The notes beneath the pieces are model-generated. The model ran no database searches. It was not told where the DNA came from and worked only from the letters and a program-made list of their open reading frames with translations. Of a DNA stretch of 64,000 bases, positions 40,848 to 54,383 are shown one piece after another (position 1 is the stretch's first letter; every line of letters starts with the position of its first letter). Made by a program: the position numbers and the translations under genes. The DNA lies in NCBI GenBank assembly GCA_951406725.2, contig OX597815.1, forward strand, positions 207,018,001 through 207,082,000. The letters are read 5' to 3'. The DNA comes from Octopus vulgaris (lineage: Eukaryota).

Positions 40848-41369
40848 TTATGACAAGCAGTATTAATACGCTTCATAGTTAATATGCTCTTACGGCACAA
40901 TTTCTCCGTTGTGTAATGTACATATGGTAAGCGGTACAGTATTCTATATTGATTTATCTCTGTGTTTTATTAATGTTCTTACGCAGGTAAAACATAACAG
41001 TACGCAAACATACATATACATAGAAACATACATACACTCTCATACACATATGTGTCTGTGTGATGTATATGTGTGTGTGTGTATGTATATATGTATACAT
41101 ACAATTATAAATATATATGTATTCGTGTGTGTATTTGTGTGTGTGTAGACGTATATGTACGCATTTATATGCATGTATGCATATATGTATGTAGATATGC
41201 ATGTAGATATGCACGTAGATAATAAAAAGAATGTCACATTTTAAACTTGAGAAAAGTCACGTATATTTTTACTGTTCCACTTACAGATTGCATTTGTAAT
41301 AAGCGTGATAGTTATTTGATTTCTTTTTCTATGTATGTATGTATGTATGTATGTATGTATGTATGTATT

Positions 41370-41612
41370 CATGTCTGTCGGGCATGTGGAAGAGAGTATA
41401 ATTCTGCAGGAGGACTTAAACGACATGCAAAAGTACATGAAGCCCATTTACAACTACAGCCGGCTATTACCAGTAAAGGTTTTAGTTGCCAATTTTGTAC
41501 AAGACATTGTAGATCTTTAGCTGGGCTAAAAAGTCACATTCCGTCACAGCACCAGTAACAGTTAAGCTTCGTGCAATGGCCATACTCGATAACGAGGTGG
41601 CAGCCATACTGA
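41370..41612 (+). mobile_element. 3' end of an RTE-like LINE with two C-terminal C2H2 zinc fingers, within (TATG)n
   Basis: CRACGREYNSAGGLKRHAKVH and CQFCTRHCRSLAGLKSHIPSQH, stop at 41556-41558, short 3' UTR with CTCG..CGAG hairpin, then (TATG)n; no TGEKP linker. Confidence 0.7.
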
Positions 41613-42088
41613 ATGTATGTATGTATGTATGCATGTATGTAGGGAGAATTCACAAAAGAAACAAAAGACGAAGTCAGGAGGTGTAGACAACAAACAGATG
41701 TATTAGTATAACGCTCGGGAAGTGAAATGTATGTATGTATGTATGTATGCACATGTGTTTGAGTGCACGCACGTATTTACACGTGTCTACTCAGCTACAT
41801 TGACAATATGCATTAATATAAATATACGTGATTAGTGAATAAACTTTATCGTAATTGAAATAAAGTGGCTTATAGAACATGAATTTTTTTTTATTCTGAA
41901 AAGCTGTCGTGTAACCAAAGAGTACGTTTTATGTCATTCATTTTGCAAAAGCGTTTGCAGTTTTTTTCCCCCATAGATATTTCTTTAAGAGTAATCAAAT
42001 CTCATCTGCTATAGCTACTGATAAGTTCTTTCTTCCAGAATACGAAGACAATGCATTTAAAAGGAATTAAACTCATCATGAAAACAAA

Positions 42089-42323
42089 TATGTTTCTTTA
42101 TTACCCACAAGGGGCTAAACATAGAGGGGACAAACAAGGACAGACAAACGGATTAAGTCGATTACATCGACCCCAGTGCATAACTGGTACTTTATTTATC
42201 GACCCCGAAAGGATGAAAGGCAAAGTCGATCTCGGCGGAATTTGAACTCAGAACGTAACGGCAGACGAAATACGGCTACGCATTTCGCCTGGCGTGCTAA
42301 CGTTTCTGCCAGCTCGCCGCCTT
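42089..42323 (-). mobile_element. SINE F2a monomer
   Basis: Flanking repeat TCATCATGAAAAC. Confidence 0.9.
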
Positions 42324-42420
42324 CTATTTCATCATGAAAACTAATCATTCACACTAAAGGGAAAATATGAAACGAAGACTTTCTAACAATGTTAGTGTTT
42401 AGAACTATTTATCTTTTGTT

Positions 42421-43658
42421 TTTTACTTGCTTCAGTCATTTTACTGCGGCCATGCTGGAGCACCGCCTTTAATCGAGCAACTCGACCCCGGGACTTATTC
42501 TTTTGTAAGCCCAGTACTTATTCTATCGGTCTCTTTTTGCGGAACTGCTAAGTAACGGGGACATAAACACACCAGCATCGGTTGTCAAGCAATGCTAGGG
42601 GGACAAACACAGACACACAAACACACACACGCATACATACATATATATACATATATACGACAGGCTTTTTCAGTTTCCGTCTACCAAATCCACTCACAAG
42701 GCTTTGGTCGGCTCGAGGCTATAGTAGAAGACACTTGCCCAAGATGCCACGCAGTGGGACTGAACCCGGGACCATGTGGTTGGTAAACAAGCTACTTACC
42801 ACACAGCCACTCCTGCGCCTATTTATCTATTTATCTTTTGTGTTTTACTTGCTTCATTCATTAGACTGAGGGGTTTCAGTCGAACGAATCGATCCCACAA
42901 CTTATTATTTTATTGTAAAGTCTAGGACTTATTCTGCCAATCTCTTTTGCCGTATTGCTAATTGACTTGGACGTAAACACACCAAAACCTGTTCACAAGC
43001 GGTGGTGTTGGACATGGAAGCACTCCGTCGGTTACGACGACGAGGGTTCCGATTGATCCGAATCAACGGAACAGCCTGCTCGTGAAATTAACGTGTAAGT
43101 GGCTGAGCACTTCACAGACACGTGTACCCTTGACGTAGTTCTCGGGGAGATTCAGCGTGACACAGAGAGTGACAAGGCCGGCCCTTTGAAATACAGGTAC
43201 AACAGAAATAGGAAGTAAGAGTGAGAGAAAGTTGTGGCAAAAGAGTACAGCAGAGATCGCCACCATCCCCTGCAAGAGCCTCGTGGAGCTTTAGGTGTTT
43301 TCGCTCAATAAACACTTACAACGCCCGGTCTGGGAGTCGAAACCGCGATCCTATGACCGTGAGTTCGCTGCCCTAACCACTGGGCCATTGCGCCTCCCAC
43401 GTTGTGGGACAAACACATACACAAAGACACACACACACAGATGCACCAAGCACACGCACACACACAAATATGCCGATATGTGTATATGCATACAACGGCC
43501 TTTCATTTTAGTTTCCGTCTAGTCTAGCCAATCCACTCACAAAGCTTTGGTCGTCCCGGGGCTATAACAGAAGTCTCCCCAAGTTGCCACGTAGTGGACC
43601 TGAACCCAGAACCATCTGGTTGGGAAGCAAACTTCTTACCACACAGCCACCCTTGCGC
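42421..43658 (-). mobile_element. Two tandem F1 SINEs (42421-42819; about 42844-43658), the second interrupted by an H3+tail A SINE (about 43016-43400)
   Basis: Homology to the 2768 and 32548 copies. Confidence 0.88.
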
Positions 43659-43849
43659 ATTTATTTATAGAAATTAAAATTAGTTTCCTTTAATTAAGTC
43701 TTAAGAATAATAAGTTATAGAAAATATGATGATTTTTTTTTTAAATAAAAAACAGAAACTTAAATGCTCCAGGTTCTTCTTATTTCAAAGTCGCATTACC
43801 GAAATAATTAACTGGAAGAAAAGCCATCATCATGATTATCTTTATCCTT

Positions 43850-43865
43850 ATTATTGCTGTTATTA

Positions 43866-43902
<37 letters not shown>

Positions 43903-43926
43903 TGTTATTATTATTTTTATTATTAC

Positions 43927-43957
<31 letters not shown>

Positions 43958-44129
43958 TATTATTATTATTATTACTGTTATTATTATTATTATTATTATT
44001 ATTGTTATTATTATCGTTATTATTATTATTATTATTATTATTATTCTCATCATTATTGTTGTTGTTGTTATTATTATTATTATTACCGTTATTAATTCTT
44101 CTTCTTTTTCTTCTTCTTCTTATTATTAC

Positions 44130-44160
<31 letters not shown>

Positions 44161-44165
44161 ATCGT
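43850..44165. repeat. (TTA)n microsatellite
   Basis: Direct reading. Confidence 0.95.
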
Positions 44166-44679
44166 TATTACGTAGCTTACTCCTGTCAAACAATATTTCA
44201 TTCAAGTACAGAATCCTGATGACGTCTTATTGTTTTTATCCATATTCTTATTGATTCTGTGGTTCTTGCGACTGATCGTCTTGGCTGCTGCCTCGCCTCT
44301 TATTGTTGTTCTAAACTCCACTTAAACTTTACTTCAATACGTGAATGTATAATTTAAAGAAAATATTATAATGATGAGATTGTAGGAATGTATTTAAGAC
44401 ACGTACTTCACGGATTGTTTGAATAACATGGACACGTTTATGATTATCTGCACACTTGAGGACATGGAGGCTCTGTGAATTCTTTTCTTTCTATCTGTCC
44501 GTTCGTCTTTCTCTCTTCTTTCTTTTTTCAGCTCTCAACTCTCAACTGTATTTGTGAGTCGATTTCGATTCCCAACTAAAACCGATTCACTTAACATACA
44601 ATTAGTCCACTTTATGGAGGTGTCTATGGAAGATAATTTTCAATATCTATAATGTATCCGAGTCTTTTCTTCATTTTTT

Positions 44680-45070
44680 CCACTCTCCATTAGGCGTGGG
44701 ATGACCAGAGATCTCAGCCCTAACACAGTCACAAGCTCTGACATGAGCCTGCTCCCAGGCTAGCATCGTTATCTACGAGTTTCTCATTCACAATTCTCAA
44801 CCAGATTTTGACAGCTTCACCTCGCCTCCCCACCACTTACACTTGTGTTAGGCTGTCACTAGTCTCTTAATGGTCATGCGTACAATATGACCTTACATCT
44901 TCCGCCGTATCACGGTTATACTATCACATAGCTTATCCACAACAAGAAATTCTTAGCAATGTCCTAATATAACGTTCTCGAAAGACATCTCCACTTCAAA
45001 ACATTCCGCTGGCATTTCTCTCATCACAGAGGCATGAGTCGTTGTCGGCCGGATGATAGATGTCTCGACA
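44680..45070 (-). mobile_element. Highly decayed RTE LINE 3' remnant
   Basis: DVFENVIL..LRI and IRRKM*GHIVRM (cf. RRWRWIGHILRM). Confidence 0.45.
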
Positions 45071-46245
45071 ATAGCAGCTAAAAACTGCAGTTAAAGATCT
45101 TCTTATTAAGAAAAGAATTCCCCAAAACATATCACCTCTTTGGACAATACATATTAAATCTAGAAGAAGTTAAATTCCATAAAGACATACATTCGTAAAC
45201 ACACAGATACACAATACTGAGTTCCCAAATGTCTGTCTCCCTTCAACTATATTTTTATTTATTTTAGAAGCATCGCCTGCTTCTGACAACTTGCTTTCAT
45301 CTAGCTCTGTACAGAACTAGGCATTTTTACCTGGCATAACAGAGTATAACAGTTTGAATAATTTATGAATAATTTATATACTTGAACGAGAAAAACTTAT
45401 ATGCGTAACGCTGTTCCTATTTGAATGTGATTTGCAGATATTTTGCATCTTGTAACTAAAACACGTAGATTTATTTACATTTCTAAGCTGAATTATAGCT
45501 TACAACTGTGATTTATACTTGCAAACCATTCTCTGTCTCATTCTACATAGATGTAGACGCACATAGACTTTCTCTTCAGATATTACATTTCTTATCTTGA
45601 GCAGATGTTCAACATTATTAAAGGTTTACCTTAAGATGAATTCTTTTTTTTTTTATATAAAAGTGCCTGCACGGTCGAGCCAAGAATTAAATATTAGAAA
45701 ATGAGTGGACTGCTTAGTTTATTAGACATAATGACAACACAATTAAAGGTTTTCCGGTGGCATGTCAGAGAAGTCAAAGTCAGTTCGGCGGAGATCATTC
45801 CTTTACATGTTTCATACACTGATGCGTTCGAACGTAGCACCGCAATTAAACGAAACACATTAATATACAATATACATGCTTCGTTCAGGTGTTAACCATC
45901 ACTCAACACCCGATTGTTATAGCATTCAAGCGTGAAGTCGTGTCAAATGTCTATTTCCTACTTTTCCTACTGCGTAACCAGTAAATGTTACAAATGAACA
46001 CAAGATACATATCATATCCATCTATATCGCGTGTCTTTTAAATCATATATTTATTTAAACTTATTTTCATCGATTCGTACCTTCATTACTGCCATCACAT
46101 CCTTTCACACTACTCTCACTCCACCTTACGCAACACCGTCTTCTCTGTAATTTTGCTTATTCTTTCTATGGTTATAAGTCGGGTATTTCATGTTACTTCA
46201 GTAAATAAATATATCACTCAACTCGCATGTTGATGCTGTTGTTGT

Positions 46246-46756
46246 CGTCGTCTTCTTCTTCTTCTTCTTCTTCTTCTAATCAGGACTCACGCCATTAGCC
46301 ACAAAGGATACTCTCTAATTCGAGCCTACTCTAAGCTACTAAAAATGCGTGTGGCAACTTGAAGATCCACCCACCACATGCGATAGACTGGCGGTTGCAC
46401 GGGCGCGAAAGCTACGTCGCTATCCTCATTCCATAAACGGTGGCTTTTAACGGGTGACGAGCTGAACCATCCTGGGGTACAGAGGATTCGCAATCCAGAC
46501 TAGGGTCTGAAAGTTTACCACACCATAGTGGGTTACACCATGGTTCCTCTGCTTTGTGGCAAAAGTAGGAAGAATGAGTGAGAGAAAGTTATGGCGAAAG
46601 AGTACAGCGGGGTTCACCACCACCCCACGCCGGAGGCTCGAGGAGCTTAGTTGTTTTTTGCTCAATAAACACTCACGATGCCCGGCCTGGGAATCGAAAC
46701 CGCGTTCTTACGACCGCGAGTCCGCTGCCCTAACCACTGGGCCATTGCGCCTCCAC
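46246..46756 (-). mobile_element. SINE head H3 with a third tail type (E) ending in (GAA)n
   Basis: H3 head at 46565-46756; unique 3' part of about 300 bp; TSD TG(A/C)TGCTGTTGTTGT at 46231-46245 and 46757-46771. Confidence 0.8.
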
Positions 46757-47423
46757 TGCTGCTGTTGTTGTTTTTAAACCCCGTCTTCATTTTTTAAAAG
46801 TAATGTGTCTAGGACTACGTTATCTAAAATTTAGTTAATATTTCAAGCTGGCCAATCGAGAAGAGAAACAGAACTGGAATGTTTAATATGCGCTTTCTTT
46901 TTGGCTATACATTTACTGACAGTTCATTATGAAGCATACCTTTAACAGCAATTAACTACTTTCTCCTTTAAGTATCTCCCTCTTTCACCTTTTGCTTTTT
47001 ATCTTCTCTCTCTCTCTTCCATTAAGCAAAACCCACTTCCATCAAGTATCTAGAAGCATAGCGAATTGTTCACTGAAAGCTCTGATTACTTAGCCTTGCA
47101 ATCAGCACAAATATTCTCTTACTGTCTCCTTCCCACACATTTCTCCTTCGATAGCGAAAGCAAAAACTGTTACTAATTATCTACAAATGCAACGAAATGG
47201 GTTCACTAAAAGCGCTGGTCATTGAAACTTGAAGCATGTGTAAGAAAAAACTTTACAGCCTGGCAACAATATACGATATAGCTTTTTTTTGTGGGAGAAG
47301 ATGGTGTACGGCAGTTACTGTTGACAGAAACATAAGTTTGGAGTAAGGTGCCGAGGTTGCGTGTGGACGACACTTGGAGTGTAGAAAGAGGAGCTAGAAT
47401 GAAGCATTGTATAAACTTCATAG

Positions 47424-47460
<37 letters not shown>

Positions 47461-48019
47461 GGTGAGAGAGGAAAAGAGAGAGAGGGGGCGAGAGAGCGAG
47501 AGTGCGCGTGCAAAAGTATTTAATATAAAGATGGGATGATGTGAGAGTAATTAAAGTGCAGATGGAAAATCCAATGATTTTTGTACATTCTCTCATAGAA
47601 TTCGCTAACAAAAAAGTTAAACGCTAATTAACAGTATAGATAGATATATTTAAACACAATGAGATTTCATTTTATGCAAATCATTTTGTAATGGCAATGG
47701 TTGCTGTGTCATATATGTATAACTAACATAAAACATCCTTGAGAAGGAAATATTCTAGAAGCAGGTGCAGAAAATATTTCCCGAGATTAATAAATAACAA
47801 CAAAAATATTTGCAAGAAATCAATGGAAGTTAATGCAAAATAATGTTGATAATTGAACATCAGAATCATTTTGTGTGAAGTGAAATTAAGCATTGGTTAT
47901 TAAATAGAAGTGATATTTGTCAGGTAAAATGAAGAAAAGAAAAAAGACATTAAATCCAATACAGTAACAACCAACAACAAAGTGCTCTACAGGTCACACG
48001 CCACATTGAGGGTAAACGC

Positions 48020-48092
<73 letters not shown>

Positions 48093-48109
48093 CCTACCTA
48101 CCTACCTAC

Positions 48110-48140
<31 letters not shown>

Positions 48141-48299
48141 CCTACCTATCTATCTATCTATCTATCTATCTACCTATCTATCTACCTACCTACCTACCTA
48201 CCTACCTATCTATCTGTCTGTCTGTCTGTCTGTCTGTCGATCTATCTACCTATCTATCGATCTGTCTGTCTGCCTGTCTGTCTGTCTGTCTATCTATCA

Positions 48300-48340
<41 letters not shown>

Positions 48341-48350
48341 CCTACCTATC
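48020..48350. repeat. (CTAT)n/(CTAC)n/(CTGT)n microsatellite
   Basis: Direct reading. Confidence 0.95.
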
Positions 48351-48683
48351 TGTCTACTTATTTATCTACCTTCCTACTTTCATAGCTACTTCTATATCCA
48401 TAAACCGTTTATATATCCTTAATCTGTTTACTTCCGGAAACCTTTAAAACTTTTATATCCATAAATTTATTATAGAAAATTAAACCTTCTCATACCTCCT
48501 TTTACTATTTTACTATTTATTGTGTTTCATCTTGTTTTATGTTAATTTATTTTATGTCACTCTCCTCCTTTACTTTCCTAACCGACCCCTGCTAACGGCG
48601 TTAGCCTGTCATCTTGCTATACTCTAACCATGTTACCTGAGATACACCAACACGTATTGAATTCCAATATATAAAACGTAATT

Positions 48684-49082
48684 AAGGCGGCGAGCTGGCA
48701 GAAACGTTAGCACACCGGGCGAAATGCGTAGCCGTATTTCGTCTGCCGTTACGTTCTGAGTTCAAATTCCGCCGAGGTCGACTTTGCCTTTCATCCTTTC
48801 GGGGTTGATCAAATAAGTACCAGTTACGCACTGGGGTCAATATAATCGATTTAATTCATTTGTCTGTCCTTGTTTGTCCGCTCTGTGTTTAGCCCCTTGT
48901 GGGTAGTAAAGAAATAGGTATTTCATCCGTCTTTACGTTCTGAGTTCAAATTCCGCCGAGGTCGACTTTGCCTTTCATCTTTTCAGGTTCGATAAAAATA
49001 AGTACCGGTTGTGTACTGGCGGTTGATATAATCGACTTACCCACTCCCCACAAATTGCTGGCCTTGGGCAAAAAATTTAAAA
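48684..49082 (+). mobile_element. F2 SINE dimer (F2a-F2b)
   Basis: 20-bp TSD CCAATA(T/C)ATAAAACGTAATT at 48664-48683 and 49083-49102; junction at 48911-48924. Confidence 0.9.
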
Positions 49083-49272
49083 CCAATACATAAAACGTAA
49101 TTTTCAAATCTACATTATTTTCAGTGAAAATATGGAGGATTAGGTGTAGAAGAAGAACGATGGATGAGAAACCCTTAGCTATTGAGTATGCACCATTACC
49201 TTCTGTATTCAAATCCTTTCAGTGTCTATCTATGTCTGTTAACCAACCATGTGAGGATTAAAATAATAGTAG

Positions 49273-49729
49273 AGATCTTTTCGGTTTGAACGGCAGTTTT
49301 TAACATAATTTCTAGGTAACTCAAAAATTTTAAACTTCCTATACTGGTAGAATGTGTTTATAAAACATCTTTTTCTCTTTGCTTTATTCAGAAAATTCTA
49401 TAGTTTGTAAGATATTTGTTGTTTTTTTCTTCTTCAATTTCTGCAATTTCAAACAATCAATGACCGTCTATCGAGGTGAAAACATTCTGTGCCGTATGAA
49501 TATGTCCCTCGTTTAAGAAACAGATTGGGTTTATTTACATTTCTGAAGAAAAAAAGATACCCTTCCCCCCACCCCTAACCCTAACCCTAATTGACCCTAA
49601 CTAACCCTAACTCTAACCCTAACTCTAAAACAGATTGAAATGCAATAGATCGATACTAGGGTCATAATTATGGGTGACAATTTCATATGACACCGCTAGA
49701 AAAAACTGCCGTTCAAACCGAAAAGATCC
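49273..49729. mobile_element. Merlin-like MITE, second copy of the 13042 family in opposite orientation, with expanded (CCCTAA)n
   Basis: TIR GATCTTTTCGGTTTGAACGGCAGTTTTT; 8-bp TSD AATAGTAG at 49265-49272 and 49730-49737. Confidence 0.92.
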
Positions 49730-50322
49730 AATAGTAGTAATATATCGCTAAGTTTGAATTGAGTGCCCCTTCCTATACAAAAATGTGTAGTGTCGAGCCT
49801 GCTTCAGAAATCATGGCATAATTCAAAATGGAAGGGGTGCATCCTCAACAAATAAACTGTACATCGTCAATATGTTCCATTTATTGTGAACTACATGATG
49901 AACATACACAAAGACACCTACATATACGATCCAATGAAGAAACATTAAAATATGAACAAATTTGAACGAAAGAAGAAGAAGAAGAAACAAGAAGGAGGAA
50001 GAGGAAACTCTTGAGTGATAGTGTCATAAATATGTCTGCCGCTACTTAGTAAAAAATAACGGTGTGAGTCACATTTGTCAAGGGAGAAAGGGTAGTGACA
50101 GCATGACCCGGACGTTGTCTAAATCGGAATCAACAGACTGCATTGTTTAGCCCTCTCTTTCTCTCTCTCTCTATATATATACATGCGTGGGCACAAGCAT
50201 GTATACACATAGTGTATGCAAATAAACATACATGAATTTATAGATACATATATTAATGGAAACACGCATGCTCACATGCATACATACATACATATACAAA
50301 TATATATATATATATAAATATT

Positions 50323-50551
50323 TAAGGCGGCGAGCTGGCAGAAACGTTAGCACGCCGGGCGAAATGCTTAGCGGTATTTCGTCTGTCATTGCGTTGTGAG
50401 TTCAAATTCCGCCGAGGTTGACTTTGCCTTTCATCCTTTCGGGGTCGATAAATTAAGTACCAGTTACACACTGGGGTCGATGTAATCGACTTAATCCGTT
50501 TGTCTGTCCTTGTTTGTCCCCTCTGTGTATAGCCCCTTGTGGGTAGTAAAG

Positions 50552-50556
<5 letters not shown>
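50323..50556 (+). mobile_element. SINE F2a monomer in (TA)n
   Basis: Homology to 3601-3831. Confidence 0.92.
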
Positions 50557-50599
<43 letters not shown>

Positions 50600-51039
50600 A
50601 CACTCATACACGGTCACATGTCGAAAGTGTATGTGCCTGCCCATGTCACGTGTGTATATACGAGTGCTTGCGTGTCCGGTCCTATTGCTGTTTATGATTT
50701 ATCAGAAATATAATTGGATTAATTGTATGTATAAACCTTAACATTTCATCTACATATACATTTTTCAAAAGTAAATATCCATATGATTAAAGAGATGAGA
50801 AATTTTAACGCTGGAAAAGTGCACACAATAATATTAACTCTAACTTTCTGTATTTTCACTTCATATAGCGTGTCCTTAATGGAACAACTCACTATTGGCC
50901 TTGTAGAAATAAATTTGTTGGGAAAAATATACGTACTTGAAACCTTGGTAATCCAGTCGTTGATTTGTTATGCATCACTAAGTGATTTAGGGATTTCTTG
51001 ACTGACGTTACAAAAGCTTCTTGTATTGGAATCTGTAAC

Positions 51040-53050
51040 TGTGGAAAGGTAAATGGTAAAGTAGATGAGATAGTCATGGTTTAATTCTGGAGCAATGTAA
51101 CTTTCAGATATGCATTCATGCAAATGAGTCATTCGAGTTCTTTTTGAAAAGGCCAAAAACCTCATTTAAATTTCTCAATAGCATAAAAACTCAACACTTT
51201 TTCGAAATGAAGATTAATTGGAGTAAACAGTAAGGCTGGTTTACAATTGTTTAGGAATCCCATCAGATAATTATACTCATTGATTTCGTCATGAAGGAAT
51301 GTTTCTTCAAATATACAGTATTTATAGGATCACTAAATGTACTTACAGCATTGCAGAACCCAGTAAAGTTCGGATTCTGAAAAATCCTGTGTTGGCTTGT
51401 GTTGACAGAAAGTAATATATATGAACTCGTCTCCAAACTAAGAGTTTGCTCGGTATGTTTAAGCAGCAGGATTTGAAGCGATATAACAACACTTGAATTA
51501 TCATTTCACGTTTATGCAATATACAAAATGCAGCTTTTAAGTTAGTTCCTGCGGAGGACTAATTGAGCCTGTGGCCCAAAACCAAAGGGAGCTAAATAGC
51601 ATGACTATAATAATGATCAGAGCATGACCAAAGGGAGCTAAATAGCATGACTATAATAATGATCAGAGGTTAAGGACGGGTGAGAATTAATTCTGTAATG
51701 CAATCATTCTATTGTTCCAGTCCCAAGTTGAATTCCAAATGTTAGTTAATTTGTTCCAAAGTTCTTATCTCGACGTAAAATTAACAAAACGAACGTTATT
51801 TATCTCCCTCGTGATCTTTGATGTCATCTGACAAAAGCCACGAAGAAGGCGTGAAGCAGCCAAGCTTTATAAGCTAGAAATAGCAACGCAAATGCTTTTA
51901 AATCAGATCCCAATGCTGGATGTTCAAGAATCAAATGAAGAGCAGATTTCCAGTCCCGAGATCATCCTGATTCCAAAACGGATATGTCTACGCAGAGTAA
52001 ATATAGGCTGAGATACAGGGGTCCCAGACAGACAGACAGAATCTCACACTTATTACTATAGAGAACATTAATACACTTGGGAGTAACAATCTCGTTATCA
52101 GAATTCCGCTGTTCCCGCCTTTCACCAAAACGAAGAATAGCAGTCTGTTCGTGTTTCTTTTGATTCTATTGTTGCATATTCAAAGGAACTTTCAGTTTCA
52201 TCACTCGCTTCCAAAATGAGGAATGGGTTGTAAACTGTGCCGACGATAGCAGCTCTGTCAGCTTTTTAAAACTTAGGATGCATTAGTTGAAAATCACACA
52301 GAGGCACCATGTTCTTGCCACCCAAAAGGTAAATATTTTTTGCAAAGCATTACGTAATGTGTATGTTCAACAACTTGCTATACATACCTTGACATTTAAG
52401 GTAATTCATTTCAGATAACATCCTCGGCTCGAATATTTTTGCCGTTTTGCTGTTGATACCGTTGCTGCAAATAAACTCTGCCAATAAAAACTGAAATAGG
52501 GTAATTTGAAGGAACTTGAGCTAACAAATATTGCAATATTGAGCTAAGAAATATTGCAAATTACACACTGCAGAAACAAACATATTAAACTCATCAGGCG
52601 TGGTTTGTTGTTGCAAGATTATCATTTTATGTGCATGTGGAAGACATCTCCCATCGAATAACGTAGACTATAATTTTCTTCAAATGCACTTTCTTCATAT
52701 TATTTTTTAGCAACACTTTCAGCTTCAGACTGAATACACGGAAATTATGTTTTCTTAATGATGTGGTTTTGGGCATCTCATATTTTACAAAATTGCAACT
52801 CAGTCTGGATTACATGCAAATGCATTGAATAGATGTGGCTTCACTTAGTGGCGAACAATGCTTACAGAATCTTCAAAAAAGATTTTGTACAGTTTGGGAT
52901 TCGCAATGAAGACAGATACGAGTATAACATAATTCTTCGTACGGCAATCAGTAGTGTCACTTTCCACTTGATAACATTCTGTTCTTAGTAATGATGTGAT
53001 GCAACAACATTCAACGCTGATTCATTTTCTTTTCTTCTGTAGAGCAGTAA
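51040..53050 (-). mobile_element. Ancient hAT (ZMYM1/THAP12-like) transposase remnant
   Basis: DCRTKNY (cf. CRGQSYD), ATSIQCIC (cf. A.YIHC) and RMTHLHECISESYIAPELNHDYLIYF (cf. RLNHLALLSIESDIARSLDYDDLI) in the expected order. Confidence 0.45.
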
Positions 53051-53401
53051 TTTACACACAACGTTAAAGATGTTAACTTTCTCTTAAATTAAGAGAATAA
53101 CAAATCCAATTGTCCACCAGCTCTACTGATAAGATTTATATACATTACCAAAACAATGTGTTTACAAATAATGAGAAAAAAAATGAAAAAAATACTTTTA
53201 TTACATACAGTATATAGAATACATAACATTAACTCCATTTCAATCTACAGGATATAAGTTACATTGAACATTAAATAAATACCTCAATCTCAGAAACCTA
53301 ACTATGCGACTTTGTTATCAGATGGAAAACAAAAGGATAGTAAAATAATATATTGTGTCAAGTGAATGATACAATACGTTGTTGTAGCAGTTTATATTTT
53401 A

Positions 53402-53797
53402 CTAGCAGTATCGCCCGGCGTTGCTCGGGTTTGTAAGGGAAATAACTATATAAGCATTTTTAGAGAGTTATAGCCAAAAAATAGCAAAAAAATGCATTCA
53501 AAATGGAAAAAAAATGATGGTAAATTTTTTTTAAATCGTTGACTCATCGTAGACATTTTTAGAGAGTTACTTCCCTTATATAATAGCGAAAAAAATGCAT
53601 TAAAATGGAAAAAAATGATGGTAATTTTTTTTTAATCGTAGACTCATCGTAGACGCGCGCTAATACCCAGAAAGGCTCGATATGAATCACGACTATAAGA
53701 TACCCGGTTTTGGTTAAACTGCACCGCAAAATGTGGGAGTAGTTAGGAATCTAAATCGTAGGAGACAGACACACAACCTTACTTTTATATATAAAGA
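53402..53797 (-). mobile_element. Non-autonomous Helitron with an internal tandem duplication
   Basis: Same TC start, hairpin and CTAG end as 25264-25659. Confidence 0.88.
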
Positions 53798-54342
53798 TTT
53801 GCTTTTTTTGCTTGTTTGTTTGTTCTTTTCTCCCATGTGTTATATCGCTTTCCGTTTATGCTGTTTAGTAGAAGAGTTTACCTTATTATTTTGTTTTCGA
53901 AGTAGATGTAGCTATTTATTGTTCAATGTAAAGCATAGGTTGGAAGTTCAAATCTAGTTACAGCAGTTTAGTGTATTAGATTTGTATTTCATTTCTCATC
54001 GTATTTAACCGAACGTTTCGACCTTGCAACTCATGTGAGCAATTAGAGTTTTTAAGTTATACAGGTTAGGTTTCTCAAAGTAAAGTAGATACAATAGATG
54101 TACAAAAAATAAAATGAATAAACGGAGGTGCAATGAGATATAATATCGGATATCAACATTTAAATATCTTAGCGTACGGAAAATTCAGTTTTATTCCTGT
54201 GGTTTTGCTTGGTAATGATGAAACCCAGCTGCAGTGCAGATGTTCTTGGTCGAGTAGGTAACTCAGTTTCATTTAATTTATTTTAGTACACTTGAACCTA
54301 TACACAAATTCGTAAACTGAACCATAGCTTAAATATACAAAT

Positions 54343-54383
54343 TGTGCTGATGAGGTATGGAGATTTCGAAACGTGCGTATACA
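54343..54383 (+). ncRNA. Type-I hammerhead motif (C3-G8), weak helix II
   Basis: UGUG-CUGAUGA-GGUAUGGAGAUUUC-GAAA-CGUGCGU-A-UACA; helix III ACG/CGU; GUA triplet. Confidence 0.65.

Noticed and set aside
49570-49630. Telomere or chromosome-fusion scar
   Set aside because: The repeats are internal to a TIR- and TSD-bounded MITE with a homologous copy at 13042.
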